Source of the DNA: Dehalococcoidia bacterium
GTDB taxonomy: Bacteria > Chloroflexota > Dehalococcoidia > UBA2979
Assembly (NCBI GenBank): GCA_965262725.1
Contig: OZ253555.1
Span: 1,120,001 to 1,184,000, forward strand
Reading direction: 5' to 3'
Length of the DNA stretch: 64,000 nt
The position numbers and the translations under genes are program-made. Below are positions 10,151-19,933 of this stretch, piece by piece; position 1 is the stretch's first letter; every line of letters starts with the position of its first letter. The notes beneath the pieces were generated by a model. It was not told the origin of the DNA, made no database searches, and worked only from the letters and a program-made list of their open reading frames with translations.

Positions 10151-10658
10151 TCCACTGCCCACGAACGTTGTCTACAGACGCGAGGCGTGGACAGCGTCGT
10201 CGATGCCGCCGTGCGGTCGTCGCGCATTGTATCGATAGAGCCACCGCGGGAGCTCGCGTAGCCGCTGGGCGTTGGAGCGGTACGGACGGGCATACGCCCA
10301 CTCGTCTTGCAGTATCCGGATGAAGCGCTCGGCCTTCCCGTTGGTCTGCGGGCGGTTCGGCCGCGTGTGCAACAGGCGCACGTGGGACGCCTCGGCCGCC
10401 GCAGGAAGGCTCGGGCGCTGGTGTAGTTCTTGGCGTTGTCGGTGAGCATGCCGCGCACCGCGCAGATGGCGCGCTCCAGCTGCGGCGCGATGCGCCGGGG
10501 GTGGGGTGCCGGGCTGCGGTCCTCGAGGCCCGGGGTTCCCGCCTCGCGGTAGCGGCGCACCCACATCGCGACCGTGGCGCGGGAGACTCGGAAGCGTCGG
10601 GCGACCGCGGCCTGAGACGACCGCCCCCTACCTGTACACAACCTCTATGGGAGCGACA
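10151..10658 (-). mobile_element. Internally deleted, frameshifted IS481-family remnant (about 508 bp)
   Basis: 6-bp duplication GCTAGC (10145-10150, 10659-10664); imperfect ends ...ACGTTGT and ACAACCT...GCGACA; HTH fragment (AARRFRVSRATV..WVRRYR-like), LTDNA, and PQTNGKAERF..YN..RPHGG integrase pieces in two frames. Confidence 0.85.
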
Positions 10659-10659
10659 G

Positions 10660-11931
10660 CTAGCCCCCGACGTACCGTCGGAAGAGGGCGCTCGCGTTCT
10701 GGCCGCCCAGGCCGAAGGAGTTGGAGAGCACCGCTCCCAGCCCGGGGGCCGGGCGCGCGTCGTTGGGGACGATATCCAGATCGCACTCCGGATCGGGCGT
10801 CTCGTGGTTGATGGTGGGCGGAATGCACTCCCTGGTGATCGCGAGCACCGAGGCGATCGCCTCGATGCCACCCGCCCCCGAGACGAGGTGCCCCGTCATC
10901 GACTTCGTCGACGAGATCGGGATCGCGTGCGCCCGCTCCTCGCCGAGCGCGAGCTTGATGGCGGCCGTCTCGGTGCGGTCGTTCAGCAGCGTGCTCGTCC
11001 CGTGGGCGTTGATGTAGTCGATCTCGCCCGGCGTCAGACCGGCGTCCTCCATTGCGCGGAGCATCGCGAGTGACTGGCCCTCGGCGTCAGGTGCCGTGTC
11101 GTCGGTGGCGTCAAAGGACCAGCCGACACCGGCCAGTTCGGCGTAGATGCGCGCTCCACGCGCCCGCGCGCCGTCCTCCGTCTCCAGCAGCAACACGCCG
11201 GCCCCCTCGCTGAGCACGAAGCCGTCCCGCCGCGCGTCGAACGGGCGGGAGGCGTGCTCCGGGTCTCCATTGTTCCTCGAGAGCGCGCCGAGGCGGCCCA
11301 TCGAGGCGAGCGCGAGGGGCGTCACCATTGCGTCGGAGCCTCCGGCCAGCACGGCGCGCGCACGCCCCAGGCGTATGAGCGAGAGCGCATGCCCGAGCGC
11401 GTCCGTCCCGGAGGCGCAGGCCGTGTTGATCGTCGTGTTGGGCCCGCGCACGCCCAGCAGACGCGCCACGCGCGCTGCGGCCATGTGCTGGCCGCGCTTG
11501 GTGATGATGAAGGGGTCGGCGCGGCCGGGACCGCGCTCCTCCGTGAGCTTCCACTCCTCGCCCATCTTGAAGGCGTCGCCCGAACTGGCCATCACCACGC
11601 CGAGCTCGTCGCGGACCGCGGGGTCCGCCGCGCCGTCCTCAAGCAGACCCGCATCCTCGAGCGCCTGGACGGCGGCTCCGACGGCGAGCTGGGCGAAGCG
11701 GCCCGTGCGCCGCGCCGTGCGTCGATCGAGATAGCGCTCGGGATCGAAGTCGAGCACTTCTCCTGCGATCTGGACGGGGTAGTCCGCGGGATCGAAGCAG
11801 CGGACGCGGCCGATCCCGTTCCTGCCCGAGCGTAGCCCCTCCCAGTACGACTCCACGTCGGTGCCGATCGGCGTGATGGCTCCGAGACCGGTGACGACCA
11901 CGCGGGGTAGAACGCGCGGCCCGCGGGTCAT
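10660..11931 (-). CDS. fabF: Beta-ketoacyl-ACP synthase II
   Basis: RVVVTGLG, TACASG (catalytic Cys), SRPFD..RDGFV, NAHGTST, KSMTGH, SNSFGLGG. Confidence 0.9.
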   Translation of the reverse strand: MTRGPRVLPRVVVTGLGAITPIGTDVESYWEGLRSGRNGIGRVRCFDPADYPVQIAGEVLDFDPERYLDRRTARRTGRFAQLAVGAAVQALEDAGLLEDGAADPAVRDELGVVMASSGDAFKMGEEWKLTEERGPGRADPFIITKRGQHMAAARVARLLGVRGPNTTINTACASGTDALGHALSLIRLGRARAVLAGGSDAMVTPLALASMGRLGALSRNNGDPEHASRPFDARRDGFVLSEGAGVLLLETEDGARARGARIYAELAGVGWSFDATDDTAPDAEGQSLAMLRAMEDAGLTPGEIDYINAHGTSTLLNDRTETAAIKLALGEERAHAIPISSTKSMTGHLVSGAGGIEAIASVLAITRECIPPTINHETPDPECDLDIVPNDARPAPGLGAVLSNSFGLGGQNASALFRRYVGG

Positions 11932-12803
11932 ACAGAGTTCGCTTGGAGGTTCTGCAGGAACTCGCGGATGTTCAGGGCGAGATGGGCCGGCTGATCGGAG
12001 GGCACCGGATGGCCGGCGTCCTCGATGAGCGACACCCGCGACCCGACGATGCGTCGGTGCAGCCGCTGGATCGCCTCCGGCGTCAGCATGTCCGTCTCCG
12101 CGCCGCGCACGATCATCACCGGGCACTGCACGCGATCGGCGCACTCCCAGAGATCGGCGAGCCGGCGCTGTCCGGGATCGGGCTCCGGCGGGCGCAGGGA
12201 CGCGTCGCGCAGTGCGGGGTCGAAAGCCCACACCAGCCCGCCGTCCGTCCCCTCGGCGAGCGCGCTGCGCGCGCGGCGCCCCAGCTGCTCGTCGGTGGCG
12301 TAGGGGAAGAAGGGTCGCATCGACTCGACGGCCTCATCGAGGCTCTCGAACTCGTCGGCGCTGCCAACCATGCGGCGCAGTCGCTCGACGCCCCCGCGCA
12401 GAACCTCCGGAGCCGCCTCGACCACGATCAGCGCCGTGACGATGTCCGGGTGCTCGCTTCCGTAGCAGAGGGCGTTTGCGCCTCCCATGCCGTGGCCGAC
12501 GAGCGTGAGGCTGCGCAGCCCCAGGTTCTCCACGAAGGCCTCGATGTCCTCGACCTGCGTGGCACGGGTGTAGTCGAAGTCGGGAGCGTGAGCGCTCTGC
12601 CCGTGGCCACGCTGGTCAAGCGCGAGCACGCGGTACTCACGTGCGAGATCCTGGGCAGTCTCGTCCCAGACGGAGGCCGTCTCCGCGTAGCCGTGAAGCA
12701 TCAATACAGCTTGCCGAGTACGGACGTCGCTCCACTCGCGGTAGTGGAGGCGCAAGCCGTTGACCTCGACGAACTCGTCGCGTGCCTTGTTGCTGCTCGC
12801 CAT
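11928..12803 (-). CDS. Alpha/beta fold hydrolase with atypical nucleophile motif GHGMGG
   Basis: LMLHGY, DQRGHGQS, VQCPVMIVRG, DAGH; overlaps the fabF start. Confidence 0.88.
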   Translation of the reverse strand: MASSNKARDEFVEVNGLRLHYREWSDVRTRQAVLMLHGYAETASVWDETAQDLAREYRVLALDQRGHGQSAHAPDFDYTRATQVEDIEAFVENLGLRSLTLVGHGMGGANALCYGSEHPDIVTALIVVEAAPEVLRGGVERLRRMVGSADEFESLDEAVESMRPFFPYATDEQLGRRARSALAEGTDGGLVWAFDPALRDASLRPPEPDPGQRRLADLWECADRVQCPVMIVRGAETDMLTPEAIQRLHRRIVGSRVSLIEDAGHPVPSDQPAHLALNIREFLQNLQANSV

Positions 12804-13010
12804 GGGCGGGCGTATCCCTTCGGTGGCGCTTCGCTCGGTCCGCTGCTGCCGCATCCACCCGGGAATCGGCCGGGCCTGGTGCGCGACCATCCGATGAGCG
12901 ACGGGCGGGATCGGCTTCGCTCTGCGGCCTCTCGTCGTGGCCGGGGGGCTCGGATCTCATCCTAGCATCGCCTGCTGCAAGCCGCCCCGCGGGCCGCGGC
13001 GACCCGAGAC

Positions 13011-13991
13011 CTAGAGCACGGCCACGAGCGCGAGCGCCTCGGGCACGCTCTCAGCGAGCATGCGCCACTGTCCGCCGCGGTCGTGGGAGGCCCAGAGGCA
13101 TCCGCCCGCGGCCACGAAGGCAGTGTCGGCGACGCCGTGCAGGCGGCAGATGGCGGGCAACGCTGGCCAGGAGTCGGCGTCACCCAGCGTCACCCGCCGC
13201 CACGCGACCCCGCCGTCGGTCGAGCGGAAGAGAGCGGCCTCCGAGCCCTCCCGGCCGGGGCGTGATCGTCGGGCGGCGGCCAGCAGGATCACATCGCTCA
13301 CCCCGGGGAGAACGGCCGCGTCCCCAATCAGGCTCCGGTCGAGTCCGCCGAGCGACTGCACCCAGCTGGCGCTCCCGTCCTGGCTGCGGAAGAAGCCGGC
13401 CCTGGTGGCGGCGTAGGCGTACTCGGGCTGCTCGGGGTGCTCCCAGACACCGCGCACGTCGGAGGGGAGGCCTTCTGCGGAGCGCAGCCAGCTCCATCCA
13501 CCATCGTGGGAGATCCACGCGCCAGCGCCGTCGACGCCGGCGAGCCAGCCGTCGCCGGCGAAGCAGAGCCCCGTCACCGCAAGCGCCCCGTGGACGGGTC
13601 GCCGGACACTCGGTGTGTTGCGGAGCGCGGCGCCGAGACCCGGGCGCTCCTGCCAGCTCTCCCCTCCGTCGTCCGAGGTGACGACGCCGGCTGGCTCGAC
13701 TCCGGCGAGGAGCAACCCGCCCGGTCCGACACGAACGCAGTGCGCCGATCCTTCCCGGCATCGACGCCAATCGCCAGCTCCGCGGCGAACCCAGATGCCC
13801 GCCGTCGACCCGGCGATCGCGAGAACGCTCGGCAGCCGTCCGTCGCGGCCGGTCTGCGGTGCGGCATCGAGCGAGGTGACGGGCACGCCGCCGAGCTCGG
13901 CGGACGAGAGCTCTAGGACGAGCGGCTCGCCCGGGACGAGGCGCGAGATGCCCTGGGCGCCGCCGAGGAGCACGCCGAGCGCGGGATGCAC
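13011..13991 (-). CDS. BNR/Asp-box repeat beta-propeller protein
   Basis: Repeated S-x-D-x-G-x-x-W motifs (SDDGGESW, SHDGGWSW, SQDGSASW, STDGGVAW, SHDRGGQW). Confidence 0.8.
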   Translation of the reverse strand: MHPALGVLLGGAQGISRLVPGEPLVLELSSAELGGVPVTSLDAAPQTGRDGRLPSVLAIAGSTAGIWVRRGAGDWRRCREGSAHCVRVGPGGLLLAGVEPAGVVTSDDGGESWQERPGLGAALRNTPSVRRPVHGALAVTGLCFAGDGWLAGVDGAGAWISHDGGWSWLRSAEGLPSDVRGVWEHPEQPEYAYAATRAGFFRSQDGSASWVQSLGGLDRSLIGDAAVLPGVSDVILLAAARRSRPGREGSEAALFRSTDGGVAWRRVTLGDADSWPALPAICRLHGVADTAFVAAGGCLWASHDRGGQWRMLAESVPEALALVAVL

Positions 13992-14003
13992 CGGCTACCG
14001 TGC

Positions 14004-14852
14004 TCAGGTGCGCGCGGCTCGACGCGCGCGCACCGCGGATATCAGCTCCGGCAGGATGTCGCCCGCAGGGCCGCGGCAGCTCACCTCGGCGTATCCGGTG
14101 AGCGGCGTCGGCTCCGGGTTCACCTCGACGAGCGTCGCACCGCGCTGCCACGCGAGCAGCGGGAAGCCCGCAGCCGGCATCACGACGGCCGATGTGCCCA
14201 CGACGAGAAAGCAATCGGCGCGGCGCGTCTCGGTGTCGCATCGTGTGAGCGCCTCGGCGGGAATCGGCTCGCCGAACATCACGGTGTCGTCCTTCACCAC
14301 GCCCGCGCAGCCAGGGCGGCTGCACCGCGGCGGGAGCGTGCTCTCGTCGACGGGGAACTCGCGCGCCGGCCAGCGCGCGCCGCAGTCCAGGCAGCGCATC
14401 CAGTGCCGGTTGCCGTGGATCTCCGTGATCTCCTGCTGCCCCGCGCGGCGGTGCAGGTCGTCGACGTTCTGCGTGATCAGGTGACGCACGATGCCGAGGC
14501 GCTCGAGTTCCGCAATCGCCTCGTGGGCGGCGTTCGGCTGCGCCTCGTCCACGGCGCGCGCGAAGCTCTCCGGGTCTGCCTGCTCCGTCCGTCGCCGGTC
14601 GAGCCGTTGCCGCCACCATCCAGCGGTGTCCTCGAGGAAGACTTGGAAGCCGTTCATCGGCGGCTCGCCGTTGACCGTCCACAGTCCGCCCTCGCCGCGG
14701 AACGTCGGGATGCCCGACTCCTTCGACACGCCGGCGCCCGTCAGCACGACTACGTACTGCGCCCGGGCGAGGAACTCGCCGGCGCGATCGATCTCCGCTG
14801 CGAGTCCGCCGTCGCGCTGCCCGTCGGCCGCCGAGGAATCCGCGTCGCCCAT
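14004..14852 (-). CDS. cobB: NAD-dependent protein deacylase (Sir2/CobB family)
   Basis: [28 protein letters not shown], Zn-binding CLDC...C....C, VGTS, EVNP. Confidence 0.9.
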   Translation of the reverse strand: MGDADSSAADGQRDGGLAAEIDRAGEFLARAQYVVVLTGAGVSKESGIPTFRGEGGLWTVNGEPPMNGFQVFLEDTAGWWRQRLDRRRTEQADPESFARAVDEAQPNAAHEAIAELERLGIVRHLITQNVDDLHRRAGQQEITEIHGNRHWMRCLDCGARWPAREFPVDESTLPPRCSRPGCAGVVKDDTVMFGEPIPAEALTRCDTETRRADCFLVVGTSAVVMPAAGFPLLAWQRGATLVEVNPEPTPLTGYAEVSCRGPAGDILPELISAVRARRAART

Positions 14853-14967
14853 GGAGCCATCGTAACGGCCCGGCGAGCAGGGACGCGACGGTCTGTCTCC
14901 GACGCATCTCCTATGCTGTCTATGGTGAGAAGGCCGCGCAGAGGGCGGAGCATGCAGGAGGCAGGCG

Positions 14968-15579
14968 GTGGCGCGGTTGCGTGATGTCAGGACGCTGGGC
15001 CGCGCCGCGGTCGTCGCCGCCGTCGTGCTCACGATCGCGGGGATCGTCCTCCAGCGCGAGGTGCTGACCCGGGACGACGGTGAGCGGATCGGCGCCACCG
15101 ACGGACAGCGCCCCCGCGAGGGGGAGCCCGCGCCGGACTTCACTTTGCTCTCCGCGGAGGGGGAGCGCGTCGCGCTCTCCGACTTCCGCGGCAAGACGGT
15201 CGTCCTCAATTTCTGGGCGACTTGGTGCCCCCCTTGCCGTGCCGAGATGCCGGAGCTGCAGGCGGTGTGGGAGGAACGCGGCGAGGGTGAGGACCTGGTC
15301 GTTCTCGCGGTCGACGTCGGGGAACGTGCAGATGAGGTGCTGGCCTTCGTCGAGAACTTCGAACTGACGTTCCCCGTCGCTCTCGATGTCGACGGCTCCG
15401 TTGCCGACCACTACGGTCTCCCCGGGCTCCCGTCGACGTTCTTCATCGACGCCGAAGGCGTGCTGCGCTCACAGGTTCTAGGCCCCGTCTTCGGAGATCT
15501 CCTGGAGGCGGGTATCGCGGCAGCGGACGCGGGCGGCGCCCCCGAGCGCCCGACCTCTGCTCGCCCGCCGGCGCGGTGA
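14968..15579 (+). CDS. TlpA/ResA-like membrane-anchored thiol-disulfide oxidoreductase
   Basis: N-terminal TM segment, [32 protein letters not shown]. Confidence 0.92.
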   Translation: MARLRDVRTLGRAAVVAAVVLTIAGIVLQREVLTRDDGERIGATDGQRPREGEPAPDFTLLSAEGERVALSDFRGKTVVLNFWATWCPPCRAEMPELQAVWEERGEGEDLVVLAVDVGERADEVLAFVENFELTFPVALDVDGSVADHYGLPGLPSTFFIDAEGVLRSQVLGPVFGDLLEAGIAAADAGGAPERPTSARPPAR

Positions 15580-15595
15580 GCGTCGGGGACGCGCG

Positions 15596-17236
15596 GTGTT
15601 CGTCTACCGCTACGAGGATCTGCGTTTCGAATCGCGACGCTCGCCGCTGATCACGCGGCGCGCCGCCGTCGCGACCAGCCAGCCTCTCGCCGCTCATGTC
15701 GGTCTCGAGATCCTGCAATCGGGCGGCAACGCTGCCGACGCCGCCGTCGCCACGGCGGCCGCGCTGAACGTCGTTGAGCCGACGATGACGGGGATCGGCG
15801 GGGACTGCTTCGCGCTCTACTTCGATGCGGCGAGCCGGGCGGTGCACGCCGTCAACGGGAGCGGACGCGCCCCGGCGGCACTCACCCTCGCCGAGCTCAA
15901 GCGCCGGGGCGTGCGCGGCGTTCTGCCGCAGCGGAGCGCGCTGGCGGTCACAGTGCCCGGTGCCGCGGCGGGGTGGTCCGACACGGTGGATCGGCACGGG
16001 CGCCTCGCGCTCGCCGACGTGCTCGCCCCGGCGATCGCGCTCGCCGAGGAGGGGGCTCCGGTCTCGCCGCTCGTGGCCTACCTCTGGGCCCAGGGGGAGC
16101 CGCACCTTAGGCAGGGGCCGCACGCGGACGAGATGCTGCTCGGGGGCCGCCCCCCCCGGGCCGGGGAGATCTGGCGCAATCCGACTCTCGCGCGAACCCT
16201 CCGAGCCGTAGCCGGAGGCGGAGCCGAGGGCTTCTACACCGGTCGCATCGCCGAGGCGATTTGCGCAGTCGTGCACGAGCTCGGCGGCGTGCTGACGACC
16301 GGCGACCTCGCCGCGCACCGCTCGACCTTCGAGGCGCCGATCCGCGCCCGCTACGGGGATCACTGGATCTACGAGTGTGCCCCGCCCGGGCAGGGTCTGG
16401 CGGCGCTGATGGCGCTTCAAATCGCCGCAGGACTCCCGCTGGAGGGTCGGGAACCGCGCTCGGCCGAGGCGCTCCATCTGCTGATCGAGGCGATGCGGCT
16501 TGCCTTCGCTGACGCCCGACGCTATGTCGCCGATCCGGCCTTCGCCGACGTGCCGGTCGAGGCGCTGCTCGATCCCTCCTACGCCGCCGGACGGCGCGCG
16601 CTCATCGACGCGACGCGCGCGACGATCGACCCGGTTGCGGGCTCGCCGGGTGCGACATCGGACACGGTTTATCTCGCCGTGGTCGACGAGGAGGGGAACG
16701 CCTGCAGCTTCATCAACAGCAACTACAACGGGTTCGGCACCGGCATCGTGCCGGAGGGATGCGGCTTCACGCTGCAGAACCGCGGCCGGGGATTCTCGCT
16801 CGATCCGGCGCATCCGAACGCGGTGGCGCCCGGGAAGCGGCCGTACCACACGATCCTTCCCGGGCTTGTGACGCACGCCGATGGAGAGCTCTACGCCTGC
16901 TTCGGCGTGATGGGCGCCTTCATGCAACCGCAGGGCCACCTGCAGCTACTGGTGAACCTCCTGACGCACCGGATGGATCCGCAGTCGGCCCTCGACGCGC
17001 CGCGCTTCCGCATCGTTGCCGAGGAGGAGGGCGGTCGCATCCAGGTCGAGGACGGGATCCCCGATCACGTGATCGAGCGGCTCGCTCGGCTCGGCCATCC
17101 CGTGGAGCGCGTGACCGGCGTCTATCGCGCGAGCGGTAGACTGGGCCGCGGGCAGGTGATCGCGCGCGATCGCGACTCCGGGGTGCTGTGGTCGGGGTCG
17201 GACGGGCGCGCCGACGGCGCGGCGGTCGGCTACTAG
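15596..17236 (+). CDS. ggt: Gamma-glutamyltransferase family protein
   Basis: GGNAADAAVA, GIGGDCF, VTVPG, DTVY (nucleophile Thr), LQNRG, KRPYHTI, GVMG..MQPQGH. Confidence 0.92.
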   Translation: MFVYRYEDLRFESRRSPLITRRAAVATSQPLAAHVGLEILQSGGNAADAAVATAAALNVVEPTMTGIGGDCFALYFDAASRAVHAVNGSGRAPAALTLAELKRRGVRGVLPQRSALAVTVPGAAAGWSDTVDRHGRLALADVLAPAIALAEEGAPVSPLVAYLWAQGEPHLRQGPHADEMLLGGRPPRAGEIWRNPTLARTLRAVAGGGAEGFYTGRIAEAICAVVHELGGVLTTGDLAAHRSTFEAPIRARYGDHWIYECAPPGQGLAALMALQIAAGLPLEGREPRSAEALHLLIEAMRLAFADARRYVADPAFADVPVEALLDPSYAAGRRALIDATRATIDPVAGSPGATSDTVYLAVVDEEGNACSFINSNYNGFGTGIVPEGCGFTLQNRGRGFSLDPAHPNAVAPGKRPYHTILPGLVTHADGELYACFGVMGAFMQPQGHLQLLVNLLTHRMDPQSALDAPRFRIVAEEEGGRIQVEDGIPDHVIERLARLGHPVERVTGVYRASGRLGRGQVIARDRDSGVLWSGSDGRADGAAVGY

Positions 17237-17281
17237 GGAGTAGACGCGGCCGGACGAGCGTGCGGCGGCGAGGAGGGCGAG

Positions 17282-17716
17282 ATGGTCGACTCGATGACGG
17301 CGAAGGAGATGCTCTCCTTCCTCGATGAGAAGCCGCGCGCCGGCTATCTGGTCTTCACTTCGATCGGTCCCCGCGGCTACCCCCACTCGGTGCCGCTCTC
17401 CTACTTTCGGGTCGGCACCGACCTTGTGATGGGGGCCCGCGCTGGCACGCAGAAGCTGCGCAACGTGGAGCGTGACCCCCGCGTCTCAATCTCCCTAGAA
17501 GACGGCAACTCTCTCGATACGCTGCGCGGCCTGCTGATCGAGGGGGACGCCCGCGTCGTTGCCGGGGGCGCGGAGTCGCTGGAGCTAGCACGGGAGGGCG
17601 CGCGGGCACGCGGTACGCCCGAGTCGGAGCTCCCGACGGAGCTTCGGCCCGGCACCGCCTACATCCGCGTCACGCCGCGGCGGTGGATCTCGTGGGACTA
17701 CTCGAAGAGCGAGTAG
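17282..17716 (+). CDS. Pyridoxamine 5'-phosphate oxidase-like (PPOX/F420-binding) protein
   Basis: GYPHSVP, QKLRNVERDPRVSI, LRG, ISWDYSK split-barrel motifs. Confidence 0.88.
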   Translation: MVDSMTAKEMLSFLDEKPRAGYLVFTSIGPRGYPHSVPLSYFRVGTDLVMGARAGTQKLRNVERDPRVSISLEDGNSLDTLRGLLIEGDARVVAGGAESLELAREGARARGTPESELPTELRPGTAYIRVTPRRWISWDYSKSE

Positions 17717-17782
17717 GATTGCACTCGGACGGTGCGCTGCTTGACTGCCCGCTCAGCGGAGGCGCAGAGGGGAACATCGGTG

Positions 17783-18592
17783 ATGAGGGCTTCGCGTCGT
17801 TCCCTGTGGCCCCTAACCCTAGGGCTGGCGATGCTGGTCGCCTGCACCTCGTCTGCCGACCAACCACCAGCTGTGACGGCGCCGGCAGAGTCCGGGAGGA
17901 CGGCTCCGACCGCCTCCGCGGCCGCGGTGCCGACGGAGTCCGGGAGGACGGCTCCGACCGCCTCCGCGGCCGCGGTGCCGACGGAGTCCGGGAGGACGGC
18001 TCCGACCGCCTCCGCGGCCGCGGTGCCGACGGAGTCCGGGAGGACGGCTCCGACCGCCTCCGCGGCCGCAGCGCCGACGGAGTCCGGGAGCACGGCTCCG
18101 GCCGCGCCCGCCGGCACAGCTCCGACCTCCTCCGGGAGCGCGGCACCGAACGCGCCCGCCGCCGTAGCGACCGCGCCTCCGGACGTCGGCTTCCCGACTG
18201 GCCCGGCCGTCCTGGTCGTGGCCAACTATGAGCCGCCGCCCGACCGCGTGGACTCGACGGGCGCCTTCCTGCCGGCGAACGGGAAGCCGACGCTGGTCTT
18301 CGTCGATGCGATTTGGTGACCGTCCTGCGCGCTCGCGCGGCCCGTCGTGCACGGGCTTCGGAACGAGTACCAGGACCGAGTGAATTTCGTCATTCTCGAC
18401 TTCGACCGGGACGACGAGCGCGACCTCGCGAGTGCCATGGGCGTGGGACGGCATCCGGCGTATGCGGTCGTGCCACCCGCCTCGCCGCCCGGTGATGCCC
18501 TCCTGCAGCGATTCGGACCGCTCACCGAGGATCATCTGCGTGCTTTGCTCGTGGAGGTCGCGGAGCTCTTTCCGACCGAGGGGGGCAGCTGA
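17783..18592 (+). CDS. Probable selenoprotein: lipoprotein with Pro/Thr/Ala repeat stalk and thioredoxin-like domain (UxxC), 269 aa
   Basis: Signal peptide with LVAC lipobox; GKPTLVFVDAIW-TGA-PSC continues in frame into VHGLRNEYQDRVNFVILDFD...GRHPAY; hairpin downstream of the TGA. Confidence 0.8.
17888..18100 (+). repeat. In-frame 48-bp tandem repeat, about 4.4 copies (ESGRTAPTASAAAVPT)
   Basis: Unit GAGTCCGGGAGGACGGCTCCGACCGCCTCCGCGGCCGCGGTGCCGACG at 17888, 17936, 17984; variant at 18032; partial at 18080. Confidence 0.95.
18331..18368 (+). promoter_or_regulatory. Putative bacterial SECIS element
   Basis: Stem GCCCGT/ACGGGC (18340-18345/18351-18356) with loop CGTGC starting 26 nt after the TGA; G at loop position 2; lower stem GCTCG/CGAGT. 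Confidence 0.65.
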
Positions 18593-18604
18593 GGACCGGG
18601 GTCG

Positions 18605-19933
18605 CTACGCCGGTTCGCACACGGCCCGCACGCCGCAGAAGAGGATCTCGATCCCGAGGCGCAGGTTCTCGATCGAGAGGCGCTCGTCATTGCCGTGGGC
18701 CCGTCCGCTCTCCCCCTCCGAGAGGAGCACCGGCACGAAGCCGTAGGCGGGGATGCCGCGCCGTCGGAAGACGCGAGAGTCGGTGAAGCCCGTCGAGACG
18801 CCGGGGACGACCGCCGCCGCCTCGACGACCGAGAGCGCTGCCGCCTCCAGAGCACGGTAGAGTTCGGTATCGACGGATGAGGCGCGCGTCGACGACGAGA
18901 ACACGGTCTCAACCTCGACCGTCGGATCGTCGATCACACGCGCGAGCTCCGCGAGAAAGCCCTGCGGGTTGTCGCCGGGCAGGAGCCGGACATCGAGCGT
19001 CGCCTCGGCGAGCGAGGGGATGACGTTGTGCTTCACACCGGCCGTGACGCTGGTGACGGCGATGGAGGCGCGCTCCAGCGAGCGTAGCCGGGGCTCAGTG
19101 GCTGCGAGCCTGGCGAGCGCCTCGACCGTGGGCGGGCCCTTCAGCGCGCCGGCCCGGTGCAGCGCCCTCAGGTATGCGGTGACCTCCGGCACGAGCCGCG
19201 CCGGGCGCTGCCACCCCTCGATCCGCGAGAGCGCGCGCACCAGCCGCTCGATCGCCGCGTCGGCGTGCGGCACCGACCCGTGGCCGGCCTGGCCCGTCGC
19301 GCGCAGCGTGAGCCAGAGCGGTCCCTTCTCGGAGACGCCGATGGTGAAGATCGGGCGCTTCACCCCGAACGTCTCCTGAGCGCCCATGCCGCCCTCGTTG
19401 ATCACGTAGGCGCAATCGAGCAGTTCCGGGTGGTCGCGGTCGAGGAACTCGATCCCCCAGCCGCCACCAGCCTCCTCGTCGGGCACGGCCATCAGCATGA
19501 GATCGCGCCCCAGCGGGAGCCCGAGTCGCCGGTGCAGGAGCAGCACGAGCAGCTCCATCACGCCCATCCCCTTCATGTCGATCGTGCCGCGTCCCCACAC
19601 GTGACCGTCGCTCACGGCGCCCGCGAACGGATCGACCGACCAGTGACCGCGCTCGGCGGGAACGACGTCGGTGTGATGCAGGAGCACCAGCGGTCCGCCG
19701 CGCGAGCCGTCGCCGGCGAGCTGCGCGATGAGGCTCGTGCGCGAGGCACCCGCCCCGGGGCCCGGGTCGATCCGGCGCGACGGTATTCCCTCGGCGTCAA
19801 GCACCTCGGCCAGCCAGTCGCAGGCACCGATTTCGTTGCCCGGCGGGTTCGTCGTGTCGATGCGCACGTACGTCGAGAGCAGCTCCACCGCCTCGGCGGT
19901 GACGGCCTCCCAGTCCACCTGCGGAGGGCTCAT
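18605..19933 (-). CDS. M20/M25/M40 family metallopeptidase
   Basis: HHTDVVP, GRGTIDMKG, PDEEAGG, INEGG, GHGSVP, GFTDSR, AHGNDERL. Confidence 0.92.
   Translation of the reverse strand: MSPPQVDWEAVTAEAVELLSTYVRIDTTNPPGNEIGACDWLAEVLDAEGIPSRRIDPGPGAGASRTSLIAQLAGDGSRGGPLVLLHHTDVVPAERGHWSVDPFAGAVSDGHVWGRGTIDMKGMGVMELLVLLLHRRLGLPLGRDLMLMAVPDEEAGGGWGIEFLDRDHPELLDCAYVINEGGMGAQETFGVKRPIFTIGVSEKGPLWLTLRATGQAGHGSVPHADAAIERLVRALSRIEGWQRPARLVPEVTAYLRALHRAGALKGPPTVEALARLAATEPRLRSLERASIAVTSVTAGVKHNVIPSLAEATLDVRLLPGDNPQGFLAELARVIDDPTVEVETVFSSSTRASSVDTELYRALEAAALSVVEAAAVVPGVSTGFTDSRVFRRRGIPAYGFVPVLLSEGESGRAHGNDERLSIENLRLGIEILFCGVRAVCEPA

Noticed and set aside
13011-14852. Sir2-based anti-phage defence system
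   Set aside because: The protein is a canonical Zn-binding CobB-type deacylase with no HerA, Argonaute or TIR partner
17888-18100. CRISPR array
   Set aside because: Units are head-to-tail with no spacers, lie in frame within a CDS, and there are no cas genes
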